Of a stretch of DNA of 64,000 bases, positions 40,347 through 49,904 are shown one piece after another. Numbering within the stretch: position 1 is the first letter of the stretch; the number at the start of each line of letters is the position of its first letter. The translations under genes and the position numbers were made by a program. The notes beneath the pieces are model-generated. The model saw only the letters and a program-made list of their open reading frames with translations, made no database searches and had not been told where the DNA came from. Source of the DNA: Bacilli bacterium (GTDB lineage Bacteria > Bacillota_I > Bacilli_A > RFN20 > CAG-826); assembly GCA_051872395.1 (NCBI GenBank), contig JBJEDU010000032.1:502-64501 (forward strand), in the 5' to 3' direction.

Positions 40347-40388
40347 AAAATCGAGATAGCAAATTGAACACTATCTCGATTTTATTTT
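40347..40388. terminator. Bidirectional terminator between hsp20 and the convergent flavodoxin-ferredoxin gene
   Basis: AAAATCGAGATAG-CAAATTGAACAC-TATCTCGATTTT hairpin with T/A runs on both sides. It overlaps the minus-gene stop. Confidence 0.65.
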
Positions 40389-41258
40389 CTGATATTTCTC
40401 ATCAATTTCTTTAAAATAATCGTAATAACAAGAATAAAAACCTTTTTCGATTTTTTCTTTGATGTAATCACCTTTGATACTTGGATCGTTTTTAATTTTT
40501 TCTAAGTTATATTCTCCATTAACTTTCCAAGAATTAAAAAGTCCAATTTTTATGCAATCTTTTGGACAATAAAATGAGCAGCGCATGCACATTAAGCAGT
40601 GGTGATGAAATTTAATTTTTCCGTTTTTGATATATATGTTGTTGTTTGGGCAGGCATTTAAACATTTATTACAATGAAGACATTTACTTTCGTCAACTTT
40701 ATAGAACAAAGAATTAACTGGTCCTCCAATTGATTGAATAGAAACGAAGAAAGAATAAAATTGATCTAATTTTGAATATTCTAATAATTTGATGTTGGCT
40801 TCTTCTAATTCAGAAAGCATTATTTCTAATAACTTATCATCGTAAATTAATAATTGTTTGACAAAATTATCAGCGAAACGGAAATGAATATTATACGGCA
40901 AAAGAAAATGATATTCTTTAACATCGTTTGAATTAATTAATTTTAATAATTTTCTAGAACTGGTGTTATTAATTTTATAACATTCACCTGATTGTTTGGC
41001 GATGATATATTTTTTATTTTTAATAAAAGTTAATTTCTTTAAATATTTCAAAAAGAAATGAGGAATATTAAATCCATAAATCGGATAAGAAATAATTATT
41101 AAATCATAAATATTTAAATCGATTATTTGACTTTTATAGTCAATTTCAAATTTATCGACTTTAATTTCTTTATATTTATTATATAATCCATTTATGATGA
41201 GATTTACTAAATAACGAGTATTAAAAGTTCCGGTATAGTAAATAATTGCGCATTTCAT
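40371..41258 (-). CDS. Flavodoxin-like domain fused to a 2x[4Fe-4S] ferredoxin domain (EFR1-family)
   Basis: N-terminal flavodoxin-like MKCAIIYYTGTFNTRY. C-terminal CLHCNKCLNACP and CLMCMRCSFYCP ferredoxin motifs. Confidence 0.7.
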   Translation of the reverse strand: MKCAIIYYTGTFNTRYLVNLIINGLYNKYKEIKVDKFEIDYKSQIIDLNIYDLIIISYPIYGFNIPHFFLKYLKKLTFIKNKKYIIAKQSGECYKINNTSSRKLLKLINSNDVKEYHFLLPYNIHFRFADNFVKQLLIYDDKLLEIMLSELEEANIKLLEYSKLDQFYSFFVSIQSIGGPVNSLFYKVDESKCLHCNKCLNACPNNNIYIKNGKIKFHHHCLMCMRCSFYCPKDCIKIGLFNSWKVNGEYNLEKIKNDPSIKGDYIKEKIEKGFYSCYYDYFKEIDEKYQKIKSR

Positions 41259-42877
41259 TAGTTTAATTTTAGATTGATGTAACCATTATCATTTAAAGTA
41301 TCGCCTACGATACTAAATTCTAAGTCTCCTCCAAGCATCGCGATGGTATCTTTGATTTCTTGAGAGAATAATGAAAATAAATCGATAGTGATAGTTTTAT
41401 TGACTTTATCCACTGTTAAAAATCCAGTAGTATCGCTAAAGTTACTAACAAGAATATCAAACAATAAATCAATTGTTTCCTCATTAGCGGTTAAATTACC
41501 GAAATAAACATTGCTTAGCGATAAAAGAATTTTGTTTGAATTGTTATTTATTGACATAAAATCCATAAAGATAGAAGTGTCAAATCCATTGACTGAAAAT
41601 CCGATATCTAAATAAAGTTTGTCATTTAAGAAATTGATATAAAAGTCATCGATCGCGAAGTAATTATAATTGAAATTGTTTTCTGATATTTCTTTTTCTA
41701 AAAGGAAATTATATCCGATTAAATCTTGTAATTTTAAATATCCATTAAATTCATCTTCATCAATTTTTAAGATACTTTCATTTGGATTTGAATATGTGAT
41801 TTTATTGTTGATGACTGTTTTTAAATCTACAGAATCTTCATATGTTATTCCTTGATATAAAGAATTGACGGTTATTCCAATTGAAGATAAATCTACTCCA
41901 TTAACGATTAATTTTTCTTCATCAGTTAAATAATCAAAACCATAAATTAAATAAGAAAACATCATTTCTTTATTTTCGTTATTGATGATATTTGAATTAA
42001 CCACAGTCTCTAATTTATTTATATAAGGTTCAAAATCGACATTTGTCTCTTTATCCACTGTTTTATAAGTTGAGTTATCATCAAGATTATTGATGTCTAA
42101 ATTCAATGAAATAAATTCATTTTCTTTAATTGATAAATCTAATAATCGATTTTCAAATGAAAAAGATAAAATTGAAGAAAATATCCCGCTAAAATCTTGT
42201 TCACTTAAAAGACTTTTTGCGTCAGTTATTAAATCTTTCACATAATATTTAAGTTCCCCATTTTGAAGGTCAGAATGGATTGTTAGATGGCTATCTTTAA
42301 AACTTTGTTCTAAATCTTCATCGGTAACGTTTTCTAAAATGAAAGATTTAGCAATACAATATAGCCCTCCAAGTCGACCGACTTTAAGGTCTTTAATTTT
42401 TAAGATAAAACAATCTGATAAGTAATCATCGCTATTCTTTTGCAATGTTGGGGTCAGTGTAATTTTTGCTTTTGTTTTAAAAAATGAGAGTTTTAAATCA
42501 ATTGTTAAAGTTATGTCTTCTTTTGCGATATCAATGTAATAATTACTAATTACATCTCCACTTTCATCTAATAGTCCACTAGATTCAATTGTGGAGTGAA
42601 GTAATTCGTTAAATCCATATTCGCTTCCACCTATTTTGATTAATCCATCATCTTTTGTGGAATTAACACTATTGAATAAGGCGTTATTCATTTTTGTTTC
42701 AACAGTAGTGTTATTTGGATATTCTGTTTTATTAAAACTTCCATCATAAAATAACGCAAAGACTAAGGTAATAGGTAAAATAACAATAATAAAAAGCGGA
42801 ATAAATATTGCTAAAAAGATTTTTAAACCTTTTTTTGAAGACTTATTTTTTGACATGAATTCATACTCTCCTAACAA
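41258..42877 (-). CDS. Hypothetical membrane-anchored extracytoplasmic protein (539 aa)
   Basis: Single N-terminal TM helix followed by a roughly 500-aa soluble region. Its stop shares a nucleotide with the start of the downstream gene. Confidence 0.45.
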   Translation of the reverse strand: MLGEYEFMSKNKSSKKGLKIFLAIFIPLFIIVILPITLVFALFYDGSFNKTEYPNNTTVETKMNNALFNSVNSTKDDGLIKIGGSEYGFNELLHSTIESSGLLDESGDVISNYYIDIAKEDITLTIDLKLSFFKTKAKITLTPTLQKNSDDYLSDCFILKIKDLKVGRLGGLYCIAKSFILENVTDEDLEQSFKDSHLTIHSDLQNGELKYYVKDLITDAKSLLSEQDFSGIFSSILSFSFENRLLDLSIKENEFISLNLDINNLDDNSTYKTVDKETNVDFEPYINKLETVVNSNIINNENKEMMFSYLIYGFDYLTDEEKLIVNGVDLSSIGITVNSLYQGITYEDSVDLKTVINNKITYSNPNESILKIDEDEFNGYLKLQDLIGYNFLLEKEISENNFNYNYFAIDDFYINFLNDKLYLDIGFSVNGFDTSIFMDFMSINNNSNKILLSLSNVYFGNLTANEETIDLLFDILVSNFSDTTGFLTVDKVNKTITIDLFSLFSQEIKDTIAMLGGDLEFSIVGDTLNDNGYINLKLN

Positions 42878-42959
42878 TTGATATTATATTTATAAATTAT
42901 TATTTATTACATTAAAAATTTTGCTAATATATTTCTAGAGGAGAAAGATAATAATATTT

Positions 42960-43550
42960 ATGAAAAAGATTTTTAACGAGTTTAAAGCTTTTATTTCGCG
43001 TGGAAATATTGTTGATATGGCGGTTGGTGTTATCATCGGTTCAGCTTTTACCGCTATTGTAAATGCATTAGTTAATAATATTTTTATGCCTTTAATTAGT
43101 TCGATTACCGGAAATGGAATTGATAATTTAGTAACAATCATTCCATGGGCGACAAAATTGAGTGATGTGACTGCATCAGATTTTGATCCAGGTAAAGCCA
43201 TTGTTTTTAACGGAAGATATTATGATAAATTATCATATATCAATTGGGGATTATTCCTTCAAGCAATAATTAATTTCTTACTTATTGCTGTAGTGTTATT
43301 TTCCATCGTTAAAATCATTAATACTTTAAGAGGAGAAGGCGAAAAAGCTAAAGTTCGTGCTATAGAACGCGCTAAAAAGAATAAAGCAAAACGAGATGCT
43401 AAACGTCGTAAGAAAGGCTTACCTGTTGAAGAAGAAGTTGTTGAAACTCCAGTAGAGGAAGAAGTTAAGGAAGAAGTAAAACCTGATCCAAGCATCGTCT
43501 TATTAACTGAGATTCGAGATTTATTAAAAGAGAAATCTGAAGATAAATAA
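42960..43550 (+). CDS. mscL: Large-conductance mechanosensitive channel MscL with an extended charged C-terminus
   Basis: N-terminus FKAFISRGNIVDMAVGVIIGSAFTAIV is canonical MscL. It is 196 aa against a usual 130–150, with a K/E-rich tail. Confidence 0.9.
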   Translation: MKKIFNEFKAFISRGNIVDMAVGVIIGSAFTAIVNALVNNIFMPLISSITGNGIDNLVTIIPWATKLSDVTASDFDPGKAIVFNGRYYDKLSYINWGLFLQAIINFLLIAVVLFSIVKIINTLRGEGEKAKVRAIERAKKNKAKRDAKRRKKGLPVEEEVVETPVEEEVKEEVKPDPSIVLLTEIRDLLKEKSEDK

Positions 43551-43558
43551 AACAAATT

Positions 43559-43579
43559 AAGCGCTTCGGCGCTTTTTTT
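43559..43579 (+). terminator. Intrinsic terminator after mscL
   Basis: GCGCTTCGGCGC hairpin followed by TTTTTTT. Confidence 0.75.
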
Positions 43580-43593
43580 GTTATAATTAAAGT

Positions 43594-44211
43594 ATGAAAA
43601 CTAGACTTACATATTACGGACATTCTTGTTTTTGTTTTGATAATGGATATTTTTCCATTGTTATCGATCCTTTTCAAAATGGTTCCGTTCCTAATTTATC
43701 TATTGATAAAAAAATTATGGCAAACATGGTATTGACTTCACATTCTCATAGCGATCATTTTGGAATCGAAAATGTGAAAATTACCGAATCACCATATCGA
43801 ATTAATATCGAAAAAATTAATTCTAAACATGATAAAAATAATGGATTAGATCGAGGAGATAACATTATCCATGTTTTCTTTATGAACAATTTGAAAATTG
43901 CTCATCTTGGAGATTTAGGAGATATTCATTCTATTGAAGATATCGATAAAATTAAAAATGTTGATTTACTTTTAATCCCGATTAATGGGTTTTATACAAT
44001 CGGTAGTTATGAAGCTTATGAATTAATAAATAAAATTAATCCAAAATTAATTATTCCAATGCATTATTACAAAAAAGAAAATCAATCTGGATATAAAGAT
44101 GATGATCAAATTGAAATATTTAAAAAATTGTTTCCTGATTTTATTGAATTAAACACTAATTCTTTCTTTATTGAAGATTATTTACAAATGAAAAAGGTGT
44201 TGATTGTATGA
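43594..44211 (+). CDS. MBL-fold metallo-hydrolase
   Basis: Motif LTSHSHSDHFG (HxHxDH). 205 aa. Confidence 0.75.
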   Translation: MKTRLTYYGHSCFCFDNGYFSIVIDPFQNGSVPNLSIDKKIMANMVLTSHSHSDHFGIENVKITESPYRINIEKINSKHDKNNGLDRGDNIIHVFFMNNLKIAHLGDLGDIHSIEDIDKIKNVDLLLIPINGFYTIGSYEAYELINKINPKLIIPMHYYKKENQSGYKDDDQIEIFKKLFPDFIELNTNSFFIEDYLQMKKVLIV

Positions 44212-45203
44212 TTGATTTACATTTGCATTTAGATGGTTCATTAACTAGTGAAGATATTTGCTATTTAGCTAGGCTTAATAATAAAAATATTACCAATGAA
44301 GATTTAGCGAATTTAAAAGTTAAAGATGATTGCCCAAGTTTGAAAGAATATTTAAATTGTTTTGATTTGCCGTTATCATTACTTCAAAACAAAAAATCTA
44401 TTGAATATGCCTTTTCTTCTCTTGTTAATCGACTTGCGTTTTTAAAATATATTTATGTTGAGATTCGTTTTGCACCTTTACTTCATACAAAAGAAGGATT
44501 GACTATTGATGAAGTGGTAGAATCTGCTATTAAAGGTTTAAATCGTGGGTTAAAAGGTAACAGCGAGTTAAAAGCAAATATTATTTTATGTATGATGAGG
44601 CATGCTTCTTATGAAGAAAATTTAGAAACTGTTCTCGCTGCTTATAAATATAAAAATCAAAAAGTTGTCGCTATCGATTTAGCAGGCGATGAAACTTTAA
44701 AACCAGTGACTGAATTTGCCCTTTTATTAAAAAAGGCGAATGAATTAGGCTTAAATATTACTATTCATGCTGGTGAAGCAACTACTTCTAAAGAAGTGAG
44801 CGATGCGATTAATTTAGGCGCTAAAAGAATTGGTCATGGTGTTCATTTTGATTTAACTGAAGAAAATATTGCTTTGGTTAAAAATAAACGTATTGGTTTT
44901 GAAATTTGTCCAACGAGCAATTTGCAAACCAAATCAATCAAAACTTATAAAGATAACCCGATAATTAAATTTTTAGATAATGATATTTTAGTGTCATTAA
45001 ATTCTGATAATATGACTGTTTCAAATACTGATGTTTATTTGGAAGCTAAACATTTAAAAGATAACTTTCTATTAACGAAAGATCAGTATGCGAAATTATT
45101 ATTAAATGCCATTGATATGGCGTTTATTAGTGAAGAAGAAAAAAATAAATTAAAGATAAAAATAAAAGAAAACATCATTCATTTTATGCTTTGCATAAAG
45201 TAA
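44208..45203 (+). CDS. add: Adenosine deaminase
   Basis: Motifs DLHLHLDGSL, IHAGE and SLNSDN (the SxxxDD-like motif). Overlaps the upstream gene by 4 nt. Confidence 0.9.
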   Translation: MIDLHLHLDGSLTSEDICYLARLNNKNITNEDLANLKVKDDCPSLKEYLNCFDLPLSLLQNKKSIEYAFSSLVNRLAFLKYIYVEIRFAPLLHTKEGLTIDEVVESAIKGLNRGLKGNSELKANIILCMMRHASYEENLETVLAAYKYKNQKVVAIDLAGDETLKPVTEFALLLKKANELGLNITIHAGEATTSKEVSDAINLGAKRIGHGVHFDLTEENIALVKNKRIGFEICPTSNLQTKSIKTYKDNPIIKFLDNDILVSLNSDNMTVSNTDVYLEAKHLKDNFLLTKDQYAKLLLNAIDMAFISEEEKNKLKIKIKENIIHFMLCIK

Positions 45204-45222
45204 AAAAAGAAGGAGATTCAAA

Positions 45223-46170
45223 ATGAATCGTAATGTCACAATTATTGGAGATGGCCTTGTCGGATCTTCAACTGCTTTCACTTTGTTTTTATCAGATTTA
45301 ATAAATAACATTTATTTAATCGACATCAATCAAGAAAAAGTCGAGGGTGATGTTTTGGATATGATGCATGGTGTTACTTTCGTAAACAACAAAAATATTA
45401 AAGTTGGTAAATATGAAGATATCGCTAACTCAAAAATATTGATTATAACTGCGGGAGCGAATCAAAAAGAAGGAGAAAGTAGACTCGACTTATTAAAGAA
45501 AAATATCCAAATTTTTGACTCTATCTTAGAAAATGTTAAACCATTTGTTCATGATGAATTAATTGTTTTAGTGGTCACTAATCCAGTTGATTTATTATCT
45601 TATTACACTTATAAAAAGTTAAATATTGATAGTAGAAGAGTAATAGGCAGTGGAACAGTTTTAGATTCTGCAAGACTAAAATATTTAATTAGTCAAGATA
45701 CGAAAGTTGATGCAAAAAACATTCATGCTTATGTTGTTGGAGAACATGGTGATAGTGAGGTCAGTGCTTTTTCTTTAGTGACTATTGGAGGAATAAAATT
45801 ATTCGATTATTGTGCTTCTTGTCAGAAATGTCGATGTTTTAACCGCTATCAAGATATTCATAATGAGGTTAAAAATTCCGCTTATGAAATTATTAGAAAA
45901 AAGGGTGCGACATATTACGCGATCGCCTTATCTAATAAAAGAATTGTTGAAGCAATTTTATCAGATTCCAATTCTATTTTGACTGTCTCAACTTATTTAT
46001 CGAATTATTTAGATGGAGAAATAAATGATATATATTTATCTTTCCCAACAATTATTAATTATGAAGGTGTTAGAGAAGTTTTAACTCTTCCTTATGATAA
46101 AAAAGAAAGAGAAGACATCATCCTCTCTTTCATCAAATTAAATAAGATTAAAAATGAATTAAAAATATAA
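45223..46170 (+). CDS. ldh: L-lactate dehydrogenase
   Basis: Motifs TIIGDGLVGSS (NAD binding), GANQKEGESRLDL (substrate-specificity Gln of LDH) and GEHGDSE. Confidence 0.92.
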   Translation: MNRNVTIIGDGLVGSSTAFTLFLSDLINNIYLIDINQEKVEGDVLDMMHGVTFVNNKNIKVGKYEDIANSKILIITAGANQKEGESRLDLLKKNIQIFDSILENVKPFVHDELIVLVVTNPVDLLSYYTYKKLNIDSRRVIGSGTVLDSARLKYLISQDTKVDAKNIHAYVVGEHGDSEVSAFSLVTIGGIKLFDYCASCQKCRCFNRYQDIHNEVKNSAYEIIRKKGATYYAIALSNKRIVEAILSDSNSILTVSTYLSNYLDGEINDIYLSFPTIINYEGVREVLTLPYDKKEREDIILSFIKLNKIKNELKI

Positions 46171-47232
46171 TTATTTTTGATAGTAACTTAAGAATTTTTC
46201 TAATAAAGGTTTGTGATAAACGTTAGCTTTTTCTTTGTCCCAACTGTATCTTGTTCTATCGGAATTGAATATTAAATCATCTTCACTAACTTCAATTCCT
46301 TCAATTATCTTTGTCCCATTAAAATTATTCAAATATTCTAAATCTTCTAATCTTTCTGAAGTGAAGAAGGAACGAGAAATATAATAATTACCTTGTTCAT
46401 TTACGCTAACTGCGTCATTTAAATAAGTCAAAGCACTTTTTAAATTTCCGTTTTCATATCTTTGGAAAGTCGGAACGTATCCAGTAGCGTAACCAAACAC
46501 GCTATCGCCTTCAGTGCTTAATTTATAATCATTTTTAAATTTTGTGTAATTTTCATTTGAAGAATTTTTGATACCATCTTCAAGTAAAATTCCTTCAATT
46601 TCGCAATCAAATAAATATAATTGTTCATCATTTAAATTATCTTCATAATATGGAATGACAACATTTGGCATAGCGAATTGACAATCAGGGCAGCTCGCCC
46701 ACACATAACAAACAGTAAAATTATCATTGGCTATTTTTTCATCGAGTTGTTCTTGATTAATATATATTAATTTTGGTTCAAAAATTACTTCCTTCAGCGT
46801 CTTTTCTAATTGAATTGTGCTTTTGAATAAAGGATCAATATTTTTTGTAACATATTGCCATTCTTTTTTTAGTTTCCCTTTTTCGAATAATGCGAGAGTA
46901 GGGCGGTCGGAATAATAAGTTAATCCATATCGATTGGTTTCACTATCTAAAAGTTCATAATTTATTTTGTAAATAATTGTTGAATTTTGTTTTACATAAT
47001 CATCGATAACACCGCTGAACTGTGTCCAACATCCGCAGGTAGAATTTTCACCTGGATAAATAGCTAACACAAAACTTTGTTCATCGATTATTTTTATTTT
47101 TAAATCATCATAAGTAATTTTAGTCGCGCTTGTGTCAAAATCAGAACCAAACGTAATCAAGGTTTTATTATCTTTAGTACACGCTGATAAAATCATTAGT
47201 GATGGTAGTAAACATAGTATAGTTTTTTTCAT
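46171..47232 (-). CDS. Lipoprotein with a thioredoxin-like CxxC motif (putative extracytoplasmic thiol-disulfide oxidoreductase)
   Basis: Lipobox MILSAC at the N-terminus. WASCPDCQF resembles a CxxC active site, and a second TCGCW cysteine pair is present. Its stop abuts the ldh stop (convergent). Confidence 0.55.
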   Translation of the reverse strand: MKKTILCLLPSLMILSACTKDNKTLITFGSDFDTSATKITYDDLKIKIIDEQSFVLAIYPGENSTCGCWTQFSGVIDDYVKQNSTIIYKINYELLDSETNRYGLTYYSDRPTLALFEKGKLKKEWQYVTKNIDPLFKSTIQLEKTLKEVIFEPKLIYINQEQLDEKIANDNFTVCYVWASCPDCQFAMPNVVIPYYEDNLNDEQLYLFDCEIEGILLEDGIKNSSNENYTKFKNDYKLSTEGDSVFGYATGYVPTFQRYENGNLKSALTYLNDAVSVNEQGNYYISRSFFTSERLEDLEYLNNFNGTKIIEGIEVSEDDLIFNSDRTRYSWDKEKANVYHKPLLEKFLSYYQK

Positions 47233-47545
47233 AATTTTTCCCTAATGCCTTAATTATATATCATCTATTAATTTATAAAAAATGGTTTATCTTTTCTTCA
47301 TAAAAAAATTGAGGAAAAATTTATGCGTTTTTCCTATCAAATTTTTGCATAAATTTTCAAATTTTTTTATTAGCGAAATTATTCGATAAAATCATATAAA
47401 AATTAATTTTTTAAAAGTTCGAAAAGTGGTTTGAAAAATCATTTCGAAAAAAAACAATTGATTTTATCGAAAAATTTAAATATATTTTTTTCGAAATATT
47501 ATTTTATATTTCATCGGTTTTTTTGGTTTTTTAAAGGAGAATAAT

Positions 47546-49084
47546 ATGGCGAAAAAAGACTGTATTATATCACTACAAAATGTCTCAAAGGTTTTTGATG
47601 GCACGACTGTAGTCGACGATATTAGCCTTGATATTACTAAAGGCGAGTTCGTCACTTTTTTAGGACCCTCTGGCTGCGGGAAAACTACAACATTACGTAT
47701 GATTGCAGGTTTTGAAATGCCGACAAAAGGAACCATACTTTTAAATGGCGAGGATATCACAAAAGTCCCTCCATATAAAAGACCTATCAACACTGTGTTC
47801 CAAAGATATGCTTTATTTCCTTATTTAGATGTTTATGATAATGTCGCATTCGGATTAAAGTTAAAAAGAGTTCCTGTTACGGTCACAAATAAAAAGGGCG
47901 TAACGAAAACTGTCATGAAGCACCTATCAAGCAAAGAAATTGATCAAAAGGTCGCAAGAGCGTTAAAGATTGTTGACCTTGAAGAGCTTGAAAATCGTGA
48001 CATTTCTACACTTAGTGGTGGTCAACAACAACGTGTCGCAATTGCGAGAGCGATTGTTAATGAACCAGAAATTTTACTTCTTGATGAACCTTTAGGCGCT
48101 CTCGATTTAAAAATGAGAAAAGATATGCAACTCGAATTGAAAGAAATGCATAAAAAATTAGGTATTACTTTCATTTACGTTACTCACGATCAAGAAGAAG
48201 CATTAACGATGTCTGATACTATCGTCGTTATGAAAGCGGGAGAAATTCAACAAATTGGAACTCCAACTGATATTTATAACGAACCAGTCAATGCTTATGT
48301 TGCAAACTTCATTGGTGAATCAAATATTTATAATGCGACCATGGTTGGTAAATTCAAAGTAAAATTCCTCTCACATGTATTTGATTGTATCGATGATTTC
48401 CCAGTCAATGAAAAAGTTGATGTCGTCGTTCGTCCAGAAGACGTCGAACTTAAAAAAGTTAGTGAAGATTATGATGGGGATAAAATCGTTGGAAAAATCG
48501 TTACTAAAGTATTCAAAGGTATTCATTATGAATATGTCATCATGGTTGGAAAGAGCGAAGTTTTAGTTCAATCAACCAAAGAATATCAAATCAAAGATTT
48601 AGTTTCTTTATCTATTGATAAAAATAATATCCAAATCATGGCAAAAGAATATACTGTCAATGTTTATGATAGTGCTTATATCAATAAAAATAATAAACTT
48701 GTCTTATCTTTAGATTCTGATGCAGTATTTGACGCTGATTTAACTCAATTATTAGAAGATTCACATATTGATGATGATGGATATTTAGTTTCAAAAGATA
48801 ATAAAAAATATGATTTAAATGACGCTGACGTGATCGCGTCAATCAAGCTTAGCGATATCGAACTTAGCGATGATATGGACGCTAGCGAAGTTCATGGTGA
48901 TATCGTCAGCATCGTCTATAAAGGAGACCATTATCAAGTGATGGTCAGAACTCCTGAAGAAGAAGACTTCATCCTTGAAACTTTATATTCTTGGAATGAA
49001 TTTGATACCGTTTCCGTTATCATTCCAAAAGAAAAAATATCTCTAAAATTAAAAGGAGATATCAAAAATTATGAAGTCGAGTAG
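47546..49084 (+). CDS. potA: Spermidine/putrescine ABC transporter ATP-binding protein with a roughly 140-aa C-terminal extension
   Basis: Motifs GPSGCGKTT, LSGGQQQRVAIARA, LLLDEPLGALD and TOBE-like domains. The extended acidic C-terminus is typical of mollicute PotA. Confidence 0.9.
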   Translation: MAKKDCIISLQNVSKVFDGTTVVDDISLDITKGEFVTFLGPSGCGKTTTLRMIAGFEMPTKGTILLNGEDITKVPPYKRPINTVFQRYALFPYLDVYDNVAFGLKLKRVPVTVTNKKGVTKTVMKHLSSKEIDQKVARALKIVDLEELENRDISTLSGGQQQRVAIARAIVNEPEILLLDEPLGALDLKMRKDMQLELKEMHKKLGITFIYVTHDQEEALTMSDTIVVMKAGEIQQIGTPTDIYNEPVNAYVANFIGESNIYNATMVGKFKVKFLSHVFDCIDDFPVNEKVDVVVRPEDVELKKVSEDYDGDKIVGKIVTKVFKGIHYEYVIMVGKSEVLVQSTKEYQIKDLVSLSIDKNNIQIMAKEYTVNVYDSAYINKNNKLVLSLDSDAVFDADLTQLLEDSHIDDDGYLVSKDNKKYDLNDADVIASIKLSDIELSDDMDASEVHGDIVSIVYKGDHYQVMVRTPEEEDFILETLYSWNEFDTVSVIIPKEKISLKLKGDIKNYEVE

Positions 49085-49904
49085 TGTGGAAAAAAAGAAT
49101 AAAAGACCACATTTGCTCTCTTTCAAAAGAAAGTATTTATGTATTCCTTATTCTTTATTTTTAATTTTATTTATCATCGTTCCAGTTATCATTATTGTTT
49201 GTTATGCTTTCACTGATAATAACGGAATGTTTACATTTGATGCTTTCGTTGATTTTTTCACTTCTTGGTCAAAAATTAATTGTTTGATTGTATCAGTGTT
49301 TATTGCGTTACAAACCACAATTATTTGTTTATTGATTGGTTATCCTCTTTCATATTTTTTGGCTAATCGAAAAATTAACAAAAATGTTGTTTTGTACACT
49401 TTATTTATCGCTCCAATGTGGATTAATTTCGTCTTGAGAACTGGGGCAACCAGAGATTTATTAAGCTGGTTAAATATCAATGGTGGTAATTATCCATATC
49501 TCGCTACATTGATTGGTATGACTTATAACTATTTGCCATTTGTTATTTTGCCACTTTATACAACAATGTTAAAACTTGATAAGAGTCAAATTGAAGCCGC
49601 CAGTGATTTAGGCGCTACACCTTTCCAAGTTTTTTATAAAACAATTATTCCTCAATCATTTCCGGGTATCGTTTCTGCTTGCTTGATGACATTTATGCCA
49701 ACGATGTCAAGTTATGTTATTTCTGATACTTTAAGTGAAGGAAAAATTACTTTATTTGGTAATTATATTTACTTAGATTTCACTAATAACGCTTGGAATG
49801 ATGGTAGTTTTTTAGCGTTGATTATGCTCGTTATTATCGGCATTTCAATGCTTCTTACTAAAAACGTCTCTAAAGAAGACGCTAGAGGAGGTGGATTATG
49901 GTAA
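49071..49904 (+). CDS. potB: Spermidine/putrescine ABC permease
   Basis: A 6-TM BPD-transporter permease with the EAA loop IEAASDLGATPFQVF. Overlaps potA by 14 nt. Confidence 0.85.
   Translation: MKSSSVEKKNKRPHLLSFKRKYLCIPYSLFLILFIIVPVIIIVCYAFTDNNGMFTFDAFVDFFTSWSKINCLIVSVFIALQTTIICLLIGYPLSYFLANRKINKNVVLYTLFIAPMWINFVLRTGATRDLLSWLNINGGNYPYLATLIGMTYNYLPFVILPLYTTMLKLDKSQIEAASDLGATPFQVFYKTIIPQSFPGIVSACLMTFMPTMSSYVISDTLSEGKITLFGNYIYLDFTNNAWNDGSFLALIMLVIIGISMLLTKNVSKEDARGGGLW

Noticed and set aside
47476-47793. 105-aa minus-strand ORF overlapping the potA start
   Set aside because: It is antisense to the conserved Walker A region of potA and has no RBS.
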